Positions 40,348-55,470 of a DNA stretch of 64,000 nt are shown in pieces. The notes beneath the pieces were generated by a model. That model did not search any database and was not told the DNA's origin. It worked only from the letters and a program-made list of their open reading frames with translations. Location: assembly GCA_951406725.2 (NCBI GenBank), contig OX597816.1, forward strand, positions 69,440,001-69,504,000. The letters are read 5' to 3'. The stretch is from Octopus vulgaris (taxonomy: Eukaryota). The position numbers and the translations under genes are program-made. The first letter of the stretch is position 1, and every line of letters starts with the position of its first letter.

Positions 40348-40934
40348 TACAATACAAGGTATCATACAATACAAGGTATCATAAAAGTCGAAGCACCTCA
40401 AAGGGCAATCACAAAAAAGATAGATGGCATGACAGGCCTCGACTATTGGGGTCGACTAGAAAAGCTAAAACTCTATTCTCTCCAACGTCGTCGTGAGCGC
40501 TACATCATCTGCATGATGTGGAAAATATTCCATCAGCATTGCCCAAATGATGTTGGCATCACCTTTAAGGTACATCCAAGGCTTGGGCCCCGTGCCATCC
40601 GCCCAAAACAAAAATCGCACTCTCATCTCATAACAACAATACGGCACAATTATTTCACCTCAATTGGCCCCGCTCTCTTTAACATTACACCAAAACACAT
40701 TAAAACAGAAACTGACCCTATAGGGTTCAAGAAGTCTTTGGACAGATTCCTTCAAGAAATCCCGGATAAACCCCCTACACCCGGATATGTCTCTGTAAAC
40801 AATAACTCTCTACTTGAGTGGGCCATAGTGCCCAAATTCTGACTTGAAAGACTTCACCAGGTGGTGCTATTAAGTTAGACATGGCCTGGGCCAATAATGG
40901 CCGAAACCTATCAAAGTATCAAAGTATCAAAGTA
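40348..40934 (+). mobile_element. Young 5'-truncated CR1/L2-group LINE in a (TA)n tract
   Basis: Uninterrupted frame [41 protein letters not shown]...GPALFNITP...[14 protein letters not shown] to stop 40842, short 3' UTR, (TATCAAAG)3 tail at 40909-40932. Confidence 0.9.
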
Positions 40935-41527
<593 letters not shown>

Positions 41528-41735
41528 GATTGATTGATTGATTGATTGATTCCAGTTCCAGCCTATGAGCTGTGGCCATGCTGGGGCACCGCCATTTGGT
41601 GTTGCTACTTGGTTTCACTTCATGGAGGCTTTCTAGCAACTGCTATTTGGTGCATGAGAGAGTTCGATGCAGCTGCCCTCATCTGCCCCTCCTGCCGTGA
41701 AGTTGATTCATCTGGGACACCTGACAGGAAGAGAT
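41528..41735 (-). mobile_element. 3' end of a second CR1/L2-group LINE (probable partner of SINE family A)
   Basis: Minus strand reads LFLSGVPDESTSRQEGQMRAAASNSL...stop, then 3' UTR GGCGGTGCCCCAGCATGGCCACAGCTC and an (AATC)n tail. Confidence 0.85.
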
Positions 41736-42318
41736 ACATGAGTGAATGACAAACATGTGTGTATTTGTGTGACGCTCTGGAATAATCTAAGGGCCTTCGA
41801 CGTTTCGTGCCTACTCTCTTCTAGTGAAAGGAATGAGGAGAAAAAAATTGGGGAGAGAGGAAAAATGTTGGATAGAAAAATATGTCTATGTTTTTATGCA
41901 TGTATGTATGTATATGCATGTTTACACGTATATTTTATGTTTATATATCCTCATGTTTATACACATGTGAGAAACATTGGCTCATTTTAAAATGTCAGTG
42001 TCTCTAGTCTGACAATTGAGTTCGGCTTATAGTGACATGCTCGGTCCAGCCATTTCCATCTCCTTCCTTCAATCGTTTCTCTTATTGGTTACACGTGTGC
42101 AGTTGGCTTTTCGAGGTCATATTCTTCACCTAGTGGGCCTTCAATATTTTTCGCAAACATTTATTTTGAAACAACTCCAGATTCTTTTCAGTAGATTTGG
42201 TTGTTTTCCAATATTCAGGTCTTTCGAGGAACATGCTAAGCATGTTGGGTTTGTAAAATCGTACACACACACATATATATATATATACTTTATACATACA
42301 TACACACATATATAGATA
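41730..42318 (+). repeat. Segmental direct duplication, copy 1 (589 bp)
   Basis: Matches 43546-44134 (offset 1816); two substitutions found by eye. Confidence 0.95.
42010..42262 (-). pseudogene. RTE-type LINE RT C-terminal remnant (inside duplication copy 1)
   Basis: [36 protein letters not shown] resembles LLYGxExW...LExFQxxCLRxILxIxW. Confidence 0.75.
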
Positions 42319-43070
<752 letters not shown>

Positions 43071-43074
43071 TTGT

Positions 43075-43443
43075 GTTCTTTTATTATTATACTTGTTTCA
43101 GTCGTTTAACTGCAGCCATGCTGGAGCACCACGTTTAGTCGAAAAAATCTAACGCAGGACTTATTTTATCGGTGTCTTTTGCCGAAACGCTATTTTACGA
43201 GGATGTAAAGATACAACATAGGTGTCAAGCGACGGTGTGGAGAACAAACACAGACACACATATCCATCCATCCATATATATATATATATATACGACAAGC
43301 TTTTTTCAGTCTCCGTCTACCAAATCTAGTAACAAGGCTTTCGTCGGCCCGAGGCTATAGTAGAAGATGTTTGTCCAAGATGCCACGCAGTGAGACTAAA
43401 CCTGGAACCATGTCATTGTTAAGCAAGCTCCTTACCACACAGC

Positions 43444-43448
<5 letters not shown>
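43075..43448 (-). mobile_element. SINE family A, diverged copy
   Basis: Reverse-complement match to the family A head and tail. Confidence 0.9.
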
Positions 43449-43496
<48 letters not shown>

Positions 43497-43545
43497 TGAG
43501 AGACAGAGACATATAAAGTTGAAAATTGCACCAGAGACGAAAGAC

Positions 43546-44134
43546 AGAGATACATGAGTGAATGACAAACATGTGTGTATTTGTGTGACGCTCTGGAATA
43601 ATCTAAGGGCCTTCGACGTTTCGTGCCTACTCTCTTCTAGTGAAAGGAATGAGGCGAAAAAAATTGGGGAGAGAGGAAAAATGTTGGATAGAAAAATATG
43701 TCTATGTTTTTATGCATGTATGTATGTATATGCATGTTTACACGTATATTTTATGTTTATATATCCTCATGTTTATACACATGTGAGAAACATTGGCTCA
43801 TTTTAAAATGTCAGTGTCTCTAGTCTGACAATTGAGTTCGGCTTATAGTGACATGCTCGGTCCAGCCATTTCCATCTCCTTCCTTCAATCGTTTCTCTTA
43901 TTGGTTACACGTGTGCAGTTGGCTTTTCGAGGTCATATTCTTCACCTAGTGGGCCTTCAATATTTTTCGCAAACATTTATTTTGAAACAACTCCAGATTC
44001 TTTTCAGTAGATTTGGTTGTTTTCCAATATTCGGGTCTTTCGAGGAACATGCTAAGCATGTTGGGTTTGTAAAATCGTACACACACACATATATATATAT
44101 ATACTTTATACATACATACACACATATATAGATA
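43546..44134 (+). repeat. Segmental direct duplication, copy 2 (contains the same RTE remnant at ~43826-44078, -)
   Basis: Matches 41730-42318. Confidence 0.95.
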
Positions 44135-44186
44135 GATATATAAATGCGTAAACGTATGATCATAATAAGATAAACGCATATAAGTT

Positions 44187-44217
<31 letters not shown>

Positions 44218-44286
44218 ATGAATAAATATGCATGTGGATCTGAGCATGTATGCCCATATACAGGCATATATGGATTATATGATATA

Positions 44287-44672
44287 CTAGCAGTATCGCC
44301 CGGCGTTGCTCAGGTTTGTAAGGGAAATAACTATAAAGCATCTTTAGAGAGTTATAGCCAAAAAATAGCAAAAAAATGGGAAAAAAATTATGGTAAATTG
44401 TTTTTTGAGAGTAAAAAAAGGTTGAGTTGCGTCCCCTAGACAGTCTGTGGTTTGTTTTTTTTATTCTCGACCCCATGTCGAATTTATCGATTTTTTTCAG
44501 AACTGGGGGAACTTTTCAAAATTTTCGCTGCGTTAGTTTTGAATTATGACATTGGGCTATGCGTGTGTCAAGTTTCATCAGAATCGGTTGAAAGCCGTGG
44601 TCAGGGTGAGGGTACGAGAAAACAGACACACAGAAACACGCACAGACAAACTGCCGTTTATATATAGAGAGA
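44287..44672 (-). mobile_element. Non-autonomous Helitron, copy 2
   Basis: Close match to 34836-35219 with the same A|TC...hairpin-CTAG|T termini. Confidence 0.85.
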
Positions 44673-44979
44673 TTTATATTCATGTACCTATATATGAGTG
44701 TGTGTTTTGTTCATACAAAGCTCATTCGCAGTCATTGGTTACCTAATGTCACCATACAGGGGAAATATCCTGCTACGGGATATGCATCAGATATCACCTA
44801 GTATCCGTACAGTTTCTATAAATAGATAAATGAAAGTCAATGGAATGAAGGGCATTCGTTATGTACTCAGTTTTTTCTATACGCTGTTTAAAATTGCACA
44901 TCACTTTGTGTATGCATTATCACAATCAGTGAAGTGACAATGGGTCTTTCCTCTATCTATTCATTTATCCATCTATCTA

Positions 44980-45020
<41 letters not shown>

Positions 45021-45107
45021 ATCTATCTATCTATTTATCTATCAATATAGTTCTATCTATCTATCTATCTATCAATATAGTTCTATCTATCTATCTATCT
45101 CTATATA

Positions 45108-45286
45108 AGTCCAACAAAATTTTGATTCAGATGAATATGGTACTTAAGTTAAAGGCACCAGAATTATGTATGGTATTATCCATATATTTTAAAACTGATG
45201 TAATACTTACAATGTTTAATAAAATGAAGTAGTGTGAAACAATTGTACTACTCTACCTTGGATATACTTGTTGCTTATTTTGATTA
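45108..45286 (+). mobile_element. Short interspersed repeat flanked by TA/GATA microsatellites
   Basis: GAATATGGTACTTAAxTTAxAxGCACCAGAATTxTxTATGGTATTA is shared in inverted orientation with ~56008-56060. Confidence 0.55.
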
Positions 45287-46754
45287 TATATATATATGTG
45301 TTTGTGTGTGTGTGTGTGTGTATACATATATAACGGTGGCATGATTAACAACCTTGCAATCGTCTCGATCTTCTCAGTGGAGAGGGTTTTTGTTTACAGA
45401 ACAGACTGTACGTGAATTTAAAAAAACACATTTACCTTGAAATTTCTATTAAATGTAATGCTGGATTGTTCTCGTTCCTTTCTTCTATTTTTCTAATTAT
45501 TTCATACACGTCTCCAAACAAACTTCCTTTAAGTTACCCTAAATTGATTTTGTCGAACTGTGACAGTCGCCAGCTTCTTTCTTATCTTTAATTCTACTTT
45601 TGTTATAGCGAATTTCTTGCAATATGAATTGTATTTACGCATTCCAATAAATACTTACACGGCGATTAAAAAATACTGAGGAAGAAAAAATGCATGTAAG
45701 TCTATGTATTCCTTTTAAAAATAGCTGTATCTCTCACATATCTTTCTCGTACATATATAGAATTTGTGTCTGAATATCTCTTTGGAATTACTAGATTTTC
45801 CATTAAGTTTTTTATTCTGTATCCATTGTCACTTAAAGACTCAACCAAGAAGATTTAGATCTTAAATCATTAATACAAAAGAATATAAATCCGAATTACT
45901 AGAAACTTCTGTAGGAGACTGGAAATTATTTTTCTTAACTGAATCTAATATACGCACGAGGATGCCAGAGATTTTTATGGAAGAATATCTATATTGAGAG
46001 AATTACAATCAAGTCGGTTAATGGAGGAATTAATGTTGTAAGTGAATTAAATAGTTCAGACTATGAAACGGAAATGCGGAAGCTTTATATTACGATGAAA
46101 TTAGAAAGTTGGGGTGGTCTCCTCGTTATGGTTGCAGTAAAATCTGTCACGATTATATATCCCAATTCAGCAAAATCGTTTTTACGCAGTATACAATTAA
46201 TTCGGTGAATATATACTTGGTGAAATTTTTATGAGACAGCAATGATTAGAGAGAAATGGTTATTGATTTGTTGCAACGGGTAATCTAAATGTGTCTAGTT
46301 TCGCGAAAACATTTACATACGTCCTTTATCACATACATATAAATAAATATTTCGTATTTTATTAATATTTATTTTATAATTCTCGAAGGATGAATTGTCA
46401 AAAAATATATGAAACAGGAATAGCCATTTTGCATCATCTTGTGTTAATTTCTGATGTCAAGTTTCGATTTGACGCCAAGATCGATTTCGAAATCACTCCA
46501 TTCAGAGTTCCTAATAAAAATTGATATTGATACAATGGGGAATATATTTTCCCATATTCAGACTAGCATCTCTTGTCGTTGGAAGAATATTATTTTTTGA
46601 AAACATTCAAAACACTGATATCCAAATATGTGAAATATTTTCGTTTAGACTGCCCCCTTCCCCATTTTTTGTTTCATAAATTGATTATAACATTCATTGT
46701 TGCTTAATTCAGTCATATTTGATGGAATTTAAGGCAAGACTGAACGTTTGAGGA

Positions 46755-46900
46755 GATCATTTGGTAATTATGTGGTTTTCAGTTCAATGCCACTGCCCAG
46801 CATGTTGGACGAGAATTTCCTACTCGAGTCCCGATCGACCAATTTCTGTGAGTGAATTTGGTTGAGGGAAATTTTGCGGAAGCCTCTGGCATATATACTT
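46755..46900 (+). mobile_element. Degenerate SINE family A 5' fragment
   Basis: AGTTCAATGCCACTGC...CGACCAA...TGTGAGTGAATTTGGT...GGAAA. Confidence 0.6.
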
Positions 46901-47589
46901 GCGTGGATGCTATATCGAGATATATACTTAACTGCAAAGTCGCTAGAAACTTCTACAAGTGATACCATCACTTCGGTAAGTAGCGAGAAATCTACCATTC
47001 AACTTTTAACTCGAAATAGAATAACATTAATCGTTATTAAACATTAAACATATCTTTTCCTCGACCGTCACAATAGTTTAGTTGACTTGTGATTATTAAC
47101 TACAGGTAAATGTGAGCACAACCGAAACGTAAGATAACATATGAGGTAGATTTTAGCTGAGTAAACATATAACATGACTTACTTGCATCAGCAACACGTT
47201 GTTGCTGATGGTTTGTTTATCTTTAACGGAGAATCTGATAAAACAGTTAAATTCTTATCATCAAAGATAAAATAAGCGTTCTTTCATTTCAGTTAAAATA
47301 ACATATCTCACAAATGTAAATCTAATTTGTGATATGAATGCCATTATGTTTGTTAAATAAACATCAAACATATACAACAAACACCAAATAAATAATGTAA
47401 ATGTCAAATATTAATTGAAAATATATTATCAAAGGAACAATTAGAATGTTTGAAATCGTGATTGTTCGAAATATATTTCAATTACTAAGTCGAATCTTCG
47501 CTGTATGTCTGATTTCTGTTATACGTCTGAATTTTTATGTCTGTTTTTATAATTACATGCATACACACATACATGCATACATACATTTG

Positions 47590-48383
47590 GGACACTTGAT
47601 TGGTCTGTAGAAGAAATCCACGCCATAGATATCAAAATTCGCAAACTCCTGACAACAGCTGGGAAATTCCACAGAAACAGTGATTTGACAGGCTCTGCCT
47701 AAGAAGGAATGAAGGTGTTAGAGGTCTGAGATAAGTGCAGACGACCTTCCAATGCTGTATGATATCACTCAGGCAGCATCTGCTAAACAACAGTAGTAAA
47801 AATAAATATCTAAATGCAGTGCTGAAAATTGAAGTGAGCAACCGTGTACTAGTTTGCAGTGAAGTCCTCAAGAAATATTCTCTTCCTGATGATCTCCTAT
47901 ACAACCACAAAACAGATGGACTCTCTTATGGTTGGAAAGCACTGAGCACATAAAAAAAGAAAGACTATGCAGGGGTAGGTTGCCAGGAAGTTTGAAGAAG
48001 ACAGTAGAACTGACACGAAGTGCAGCCTCTCTTTGAGATAAGACCAATACATCATATCACTAATGGAAGGCTATGCTTTTGTCCTATGCGGCATGATGTT
48101 GTCGTTAAAATTATTTATAATGCAATCCGCAAAAAAGACTGTCTTGAAATAAAGTTAGAAAAATCCCTCTATTATTGAATACATTCATAAATAACAACTC
48201 AAGGGAAACTGGTGGTATATTCCCATCAAAACGTATGTCAAATATAGACATAACAAGCCAGATATTGTTGTTTGAGACAGAGGGACAAAACTATGCACCA
48301 TCATACAAGCCAGCTGCCCTGCGGATATCAATATTTCTAAGAAAAAGAGGATACCTATGGAGAATTGTTTCGAAACCTGCAGG

Positions 48384-48385
<2 letters not shown>
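47590..48385 (+). pseudogene. Decayed R4/Dong-like RLE non-LTR retrotransposon fragment
   Basis: KIRKLLTTAGKFHRNSD..RLCLRRNEGVRGL (cf. FHPKSDxxRLYLxRxEGGRGL) and [18 protein letters not shown]...[14 protein letters not shown] (RLE motif). Stops and internal deletion. Confidence 0.8.
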
Positions 48386-48422
<37 letters not shown>

Positions 48423-48547
48423 TATGTGTGTGTGTATATATATATATATACATATATACATACATATATACATATATATATGTATATATATATATATATA
48501 TACATACATATATATATACATATAAATACATATACATACACACAGGA

Positions 48548-48593
<46 letters not shown>

Positions 48594-51500
48594 TACATTT
48601 TGGGTGGAATTATTTTTCAGAATTTTCACACACATATACTTAATGCTATATTATGTACTTGTTTCTTAAAAAATTGTCTTGTAGTAGCAGTTATTTATGT
48701 ATATTTCTACATTATTAAACATACCGTTAATAATATGCTACATATATAGAACGTATTGGTACATCTTAGCCTTTAGTGTCTTTTCTCGAAAATGTAATTT
48801 CAACAAAACTTAGAAACTCAGAAAATAAAGTACTGCAGCTTGTTATGCCTACGAGGATATGAGTTCCTCATTGAGTAATGGTATGTGAAACAGTTCCGCC
48901 ATTTTCCATTTTCAATGTGTCAGTATAACTAGAGAATCCGCTACAGAATTGAAATATATATCAACTGATCCGCCATATCAAAGTAGCTTGTGTTTCTTTG
49001 TGATGACTTAGAATATACATGGTGATATATCAGTTTTAACCTTGTAACATCTTGAATGATAAATTCTTGAGTACTTTAGCTGATAGCAAATATAAAATGC
49101 TAATGCATCTGACAGATATGTAACGATTCTGATCAATAAAGTAACACGTCCTGATAGCACACATTTTCCACGATCTATACAAGTAAAAGAGCAATAAGAG
49201 AAAATAGATTAAGCACGAAGATGACAGCGTAAAGGAATGAACAGTATAGGATAAATTATTATTTTCTCTGATAACTTTAATTTCGTTAATATTTCGAAAT
49301 ATTCTCACTGACAAGAAATGGTAACTTCATACGTGAAATTGCATCGGCATATATATAATGTTGACAGAAGCTATCATCAACATGTTCGCTTTTAGATAAG
49401 GAGGCTATTTATGGAGGCATATAATCTTTGCCGTTTATAGGAGATATTTTGATTGCGTTTTGCACAGATTAAACACATTCTCTAGATATATAAAACTCTC
49501 TAAAGATATTGGGTAAGGTGGATTAATAATACTTTTTGTTTGTGTTGTGACGGGTTAGTTTACATGTAGAGTCTACAGAACATAAATGTGCCTTTCTTAA
49601 AATTCTGGAATCTCTCTGCTTGCCATGAATCAGGCAAATCCAAAAGGAAGCTTGATGGCTCACTAATTTCTCGTTATGCTAACTTGTACCTTCATTTGCC
49701 TTTTATTTCTGTTGCCTAATGATAAAATTCAAAGGTATGGATCGTTGATGAAAGTGTTAACCTAGATTGATTTTACAACAGCTGAGAATTCTCTGCTTTG
49801 TACTATATACTAAGATTGAATTGATGACATTTTCTTAACGTGCAATCAGTCGTCTCTCCAGATTCGAATGAAATATCAGCCAACATAACAGCTGGCCTTT
49901 GCAAAGCAAATCTATATTTAGTCTTATCTTTAGAATTTATGTGGTCTAGATGTGTACATACGTCAAGAATTATAATGGCATTTCTGAAAATAATGACTAG
50001 GAAATAAGGGAATGTTTTGTTTGTCAATACGAAAAATTAGTAAGCAATGTATAGTTTCCGAGAAGATTTTGTGGTTCCAGGCTGTGTGTTGGCATTTAAC
50101 AGATAAGATTCAGCAGAAAGCTGTTGAGAGAGACCAGGTGCATTCGTCAATTAATGGCAGTCCGGTAGTAGGTTTCTCTTTATCGATGTGTGATTCGTTC
50201 ACTTTCGTTCTTTGGTCGAACTATAGAATCATATGCCGACATGTATGTGTGTGTATGTCGATCGTTTTACGCACTAAGTTCAGTGTGATTTTTATTAAAT
50301 TTAGCCATCGCGTTCAGGGATTAGCGAGAATAGACAGACGCTCTGCTTTGAAATAGACTGAGTTTAAAATAGTATTTGAAATTTTTACAATGATATGAAA
50401 GAAAGAAATGTATTTCAAAAGTATTAAAAGTCTCGGAAACATCTACACACATGAGTATACACATATGCACGCTCGCGCGCGCACGCACGTGTACTCACAC
50501 ACACACACACATATGCGCGCGGGCATATATGCATACGTATGCTTATATGAGTGTGTATAATGGTATGAATTCTAGAAATTGCAGCTGTTATCGCATGTGG
50601 TAGTATAGGTTTCCTACTTGTCAATCATCAATATTTAGGATTTCGTTTGTCAATGCAGATTCAATGCTAACAGTTGACTTGAGAGAGCTTTAGAGGCTAT
50701 GTCTAGTAATTCTATCGTTCCTCAGGAGCTCAGTATTTTAACTTTAGCTATTTCCTTTCTTAATACACAAAGAAACCATAACTATAGACAATAGATTAAT
50801 CTCGTTACGATAGACTCACTCCATACAATTATGACGGTTATTAAATTTCTTAAAATAAGTATGTAGTTATTTAAATTTTAGTAATTTGTTGACTATATAT
50901 TTTGAAATGTAGTGCATTCATAAGTAGGTATACGCTAAAGCTACAAAGAAAATTATAAGTGCTACTTTGAGACACAATAAAACATTTTATTTTGGCATTT
51001 TTCCGTAACGGAGGGCATGGCATTTTAGGACCCTTAAAGATACAAATATAAAATCTGCTATTGTTGGAATATGTACATATCTACATTTCTTTTGATTTCT
51101 GCAGCATTTTGAATGTAATCTGAATTCAAAAGCAAATGTGGTAGGCGCTTTTTCATGTTTATTTAATTTAAATAATTAGGATAAGAGTAAGAAGTGTAAT
51201 CTGTAGTTTTACACTTATTACTACAGACGTTTCCGATACGGCATATTTGGCTTCCACAATTTGACATCAGTATTTAAAGAAATCACACAATGATACGGTT
51301 AAAATTAAGGGTTTTCAGCCTGAAACATAAAATATGTAATCAAGACACACAGACACATTGTATTTCCCATAAAAACTGTTTGCAATGTAGTTTATTTGCT
51401 AATTTTTTCCTTGATTGTTGTTCTAAAATGGTTATTAACCCTCTGCACATAAAATATTTTTCCTGACAAGTTGAAGGAGGTGGTGCGAACGAGAGGTTCT

Positions 51501-52033
51501 GTGGTCTCCTTTGCTCATCCAGTTGTTTAACGTCACCGTGTTATTACATTTTAGATTATTATATTCTTAAGTCGACTTGCGTCAAGAAAAAAAAAATCTG
51601 GTATATTTTCAAGGGAATGAAGGCCGGGCTGGAAAGACATTTCCAAATAAATTATAATCCTATCGTATTCTAATGCTGAGTTTGTGTTGTGAGAATTTTT
51701 TTTTCTCTGGAAATTACTTGTTCGTAAAAATGAGTTGTATGAGATTAAGAAGCCGCTGTCAATTAGAAAGTCTGCAGATAGCCCATTTGTTTTAATTTTC
51801 CGTATCTAGGAGAATATTTCTGCGTAAATTGTTGACGTTTATGACAAATGTGTGAAAACTACATTAGCATTTACGCAATGAAGAGACTCCCATGGTATTT
51901 ATGTCTTTGTCTTGGCATTTGTTTTGGTTGTTCTATCATGTTGCATCTTCCTGATCGAGCTGATTTGTAGCCAATTGCACTTCAATTTCTACTTTCATGT
52001 CAGTTTCAGGTTTTTAGTTATAGGAATGCAATA

Positions 52034-52267
52034 TCTATTTCTTTACTACCCACAAGGGGCTAAACACAGAGGGGACAAACAAGGACAGACAAACGGATTA
52101 AGTCGATTCCATCGACCCCAGTGCGCAACTGGTACTTAATTTATCGACCCCGAACGGATGAAAGGCAATGCCGACCTCGGCGGAATTTGATTTCAGAACG
52201 TAGCGGCGGACGAAATACCCCTAAGCAGTTCGCCCGGCGTGCTAAAGTTTCTGCCAGCGCGCCGCCT
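52034..52267 (-). mobile_element. SINE family B, full-length monomer
   Basis: Minus strand: GGCGGCGCGCTGGCAGAAAC head, GAAATCAAATTCC B box, core, tail ending AAAGAAATAG. Confidence 0.93.
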
Positions 52268-52459
52268 TGGAATGCAATATCAATATGGCTTCTGTTTGGA
52301 AGACAAAAGCGTATTACATAATTATGAATTGCTGCTATTTCTAACAACTCAAGCTACACGGTAATAAATGATACCCTCAACGGTTGTCTTTAACTATTAT
52401 TGTTGCTTACACTTAGGGATTCAAAAGAGAGAATTTCTGTTTCGCACTTTTATTTAGAA

Positions 52460-52854
52460 CTAGCAGTATCGCCCGGCGTTGCTCGGGTTTGTAAGGGAAA
52501 TAATTATATAAGCATTTTTAGAGATGTAAATTATAATAGCCATCTCAATATGGCTAACCACAAAGGGGGGGGGGTTACTGTAGCTTTTTACATTCTGAGA
52601 TTTAATAATAAATTTTTAGAGAGTTACTTCCCTTATATATGCCAAAAATGCATTAAAAATGGAGGAAAATAATGGTAATTCTTTTTAAATCGTAGACTCA
52701 TCGTAGACGCGCGCTAATACCCAGAAGGGCTCGGTATAAATCACGACTATAAGAAACCCGCTTTTGGTTAAACTGTACCGCAAAATGTGGGAGTAGTTAG
52801 GAATCTAAATCGTAGGAGACAGACACCACACAACCTCACTTTTACATATATAGA
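52460..52854 (-). mobile_element. Non-autonomous Helitron, variant with the same 3' end and a different 5' body
   Basis: CTAGCAGTATCGCCCGGCGTTGCTCGGGTTTGTAAGGGAAATAA shared with 34836 and 44287. Minus-strand start A|TCTATATATGTAAAAG. Confidence 0.8.
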
Positions 52855-52859
52855 TTCTA

Positions 52860-53360
52860 CACTGGATATGGGATTCTGTTAGCTACATTGCATCGCCCCA
52901 ATTTATCTACAGACGTCGGATCAGTGAGAGACTGGTTGCTGCCATTGCCCTCGATCTTATTGTTAATGCCGATATAATCGTTACTGAGCAACAGATAATC
53001 GAAGACAATTTAGTTAAGCGTTTTGCGTTAAGATGGGACAGAATGGCGCAGTAATGTATACAACAATGAAAGGTATATTGCAATGAAAGTATAAACAGCC
53101 AAATAACTAGTAACAGTTACGATAATGACATTTATGAATTTAAATATGTGGGTTGGATTATTACTAGACTATAGATCATAAGGATAAAGGAAGATGGACA
53201 CATATCTCTTACAGTTCTTACAAGAACAGATGCGAAGTGATGCATTTCCTTGTAAATGAATAGTAGCTATATGCATGAGTGAAATCCATTTCATCATCGG
53301 AGAGAGAATAAGAAAGACCATTACAGAAGATTACTAATAGTGTGAGGTACAGAGGAAAGT
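52860..53360 (+). pseudogene. Possible very decayed RTE-type RT remnant
   Basis: LDLIVNADII (cf. DLDFADDI) followed by EFKYVG (cf. FKYLG). Confidence 0.35.
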
Positions 53361-54335
53361 GTGATGAAAAACAGGCTCCTTCTAATCATACATTTCTAAT
53401 AGCTCAACATGACACTTGCGTATTTAAACTTAACCCTCCTGTTTACATATATAAATATCATAATTTAATCTGATACTTGGTTTTTGCCTATTTCTAATTC
53501 TATTCTAGTGTACATTTAGCTGCAACTGATAAGTCGCTTAAAACCAAACGCCACTACGCAGCTGTAAAATCCCAGCATTTAGTTCATTTTTCATCTTGTA
53601 AAAGTTCCATAGCTACTGACCAATACAGATAGAAAACAAACGAATTGTTGGCACCATAGGAGATATATTGCTTTTGATTGTATATTATCATGAACAGGTG
53701 AGCTATAAATTCTTGTGTAGACTATTTTAAAATTTTATGATGAACCCTCCACCTACCCCTCTAACCCCTCTTTTTGTCTCTTTTATCTCTTTTGCTTTAC
53801 ATTCACACACATTTACATCTACAGAAATAATATATTAGATAGAGAAAAATAAAATATTAATCACTGTTTTCAAAGATTGCTAATGTCAAATTTCAAGCAA
53901 ATTTACAAACATCTATCAATCTTTAATATAAATTTTGATTTCAGAGAAAAAAAAATTAAATATTTTACAACAAATCATTTAAATGCGTATCTAAAAATTT
54001 TATTCATCTTATTTTTCATCACAGAATATGAGATCATTTTTTCTTTTCTTTATTTCATTGCGTGCCCTAAATTGCTTGTACTATACAGTGGTTTATATAA
54101 ATGAAATAACTATTAATATAAGCTTATTCGCATTTTGGGTATTACTACTCGAAATAAACATTGAATATAGACATGACTCTCTCATACAACTGTTTAATAG
54201 CCTATCAGTTAATGGTTAACTATCAATCAACTTATCTGCCGTTGAAATATATATGCAAAACATAACTTTATAGTAGTAAACCATTTACATAGTCAACTTA
54301 GATTTGAAATATATTGTTGTTACACACGTGGTTCA

Positions 54336-54417
<82 letters not shown>

Positions 54418-54899
54418 TGTATGCATGTATGTATATATAAAAGTAGTTTTAGAAACAGAAACAACTTGAACTCTATCAACACTGAAAGACTTTATACCCG
54501 ACCACTCCATACAATGTTAAATATTAAATCTTATACTAACTATATCTTTTCTGAATCCCGTTTTTTCCGTTTATAAGACTACACGTGTTTCAAGAAAATA
54601 CGTCGGCATTTATTAGATACGAGGTATCTAGTTTCAATACATAATCGGGTCGACATACTCCCAATCTTCAGGTCTGGATACCTCAACATTTTTCAATACT
54701 CGGAAGTAATATTTCCTAATAATAATAATAATAATAATAATAATGACAATAATAATAACAATAATATATATTAGCACAGATGGGTTGAAAGTCTACTACA
54801 GCTACACGTTTCATATTCTTGAAAAATTTGGTTGTGACATGAAAAAAGAAAAGACTCTGGATATAGTATCGCAGTAATGTTTTCAACTTGAAACACATC

Positions 54900-55470
54900 C
54901 TAAACTATTTTTGTACTGTGACATAGCCCACATTCTTGCATGAAGTTCGACTGACGAGTTGGAGATGGACCCATAATTGTTACAGCATGTTGGAGAACAT
55001 TGTTTTGTTTATGTCTGCATTCACATTACCACGGATCAGGACCAAACGCAAGCAATACGGTGCAGAAATCATGGCCCACACCATTTCAAAACCACTTCCA
55101 AACTTGATGAATTCAGGAAACTATCTTTCGCATTTTCGACGTCTCCCTTATAACCTACCCTCAGAGGAAACCGAACTGAACATGCTTTCGTCACTGGAAA
55201 ACACATGCGACCAACAGTCGTCAGTACAAAAGTACGTGCTTGTTGGGAAAAACCAAACCTCGTATTTCGGTTCTTCATACCGATGAGAGGTTTAATGGCG
55301 GGGAACGGGCAGGAATTCCGACTTCCGCCATACGATGAACCAGTCTTGCGAGATACATTTATTCTATATTCACGATCGACCTGGCGAGAAACACCAGCAC
55401 CAATCTCAGTTCTGGCATCCCATTTCCCCCCATTGTGACCGTATGGATTACTGGTATATATGGGGCACAA
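54900..55470 (-). pseudogene. Decayed Tc1-like (DD34E) transposase
   Basis: Minus strand reads WSHVFSSDESMFSSVSSEGRL*GRRRKCER*..KFGSGFEMVWAMISAPYCLRLVLIRGNVNAD, matching Tc1 WxxVxFSDESxF...GGGSVMVWGxIS...LVxIxGxxNA. Confidence 0.85.

Noticed and set aside
54936-55470. Overlapping 116-133-aa ORFs suggesting a host exon
   Set aside because: Explained as alternative frames of the decayed Tc1 transposase.
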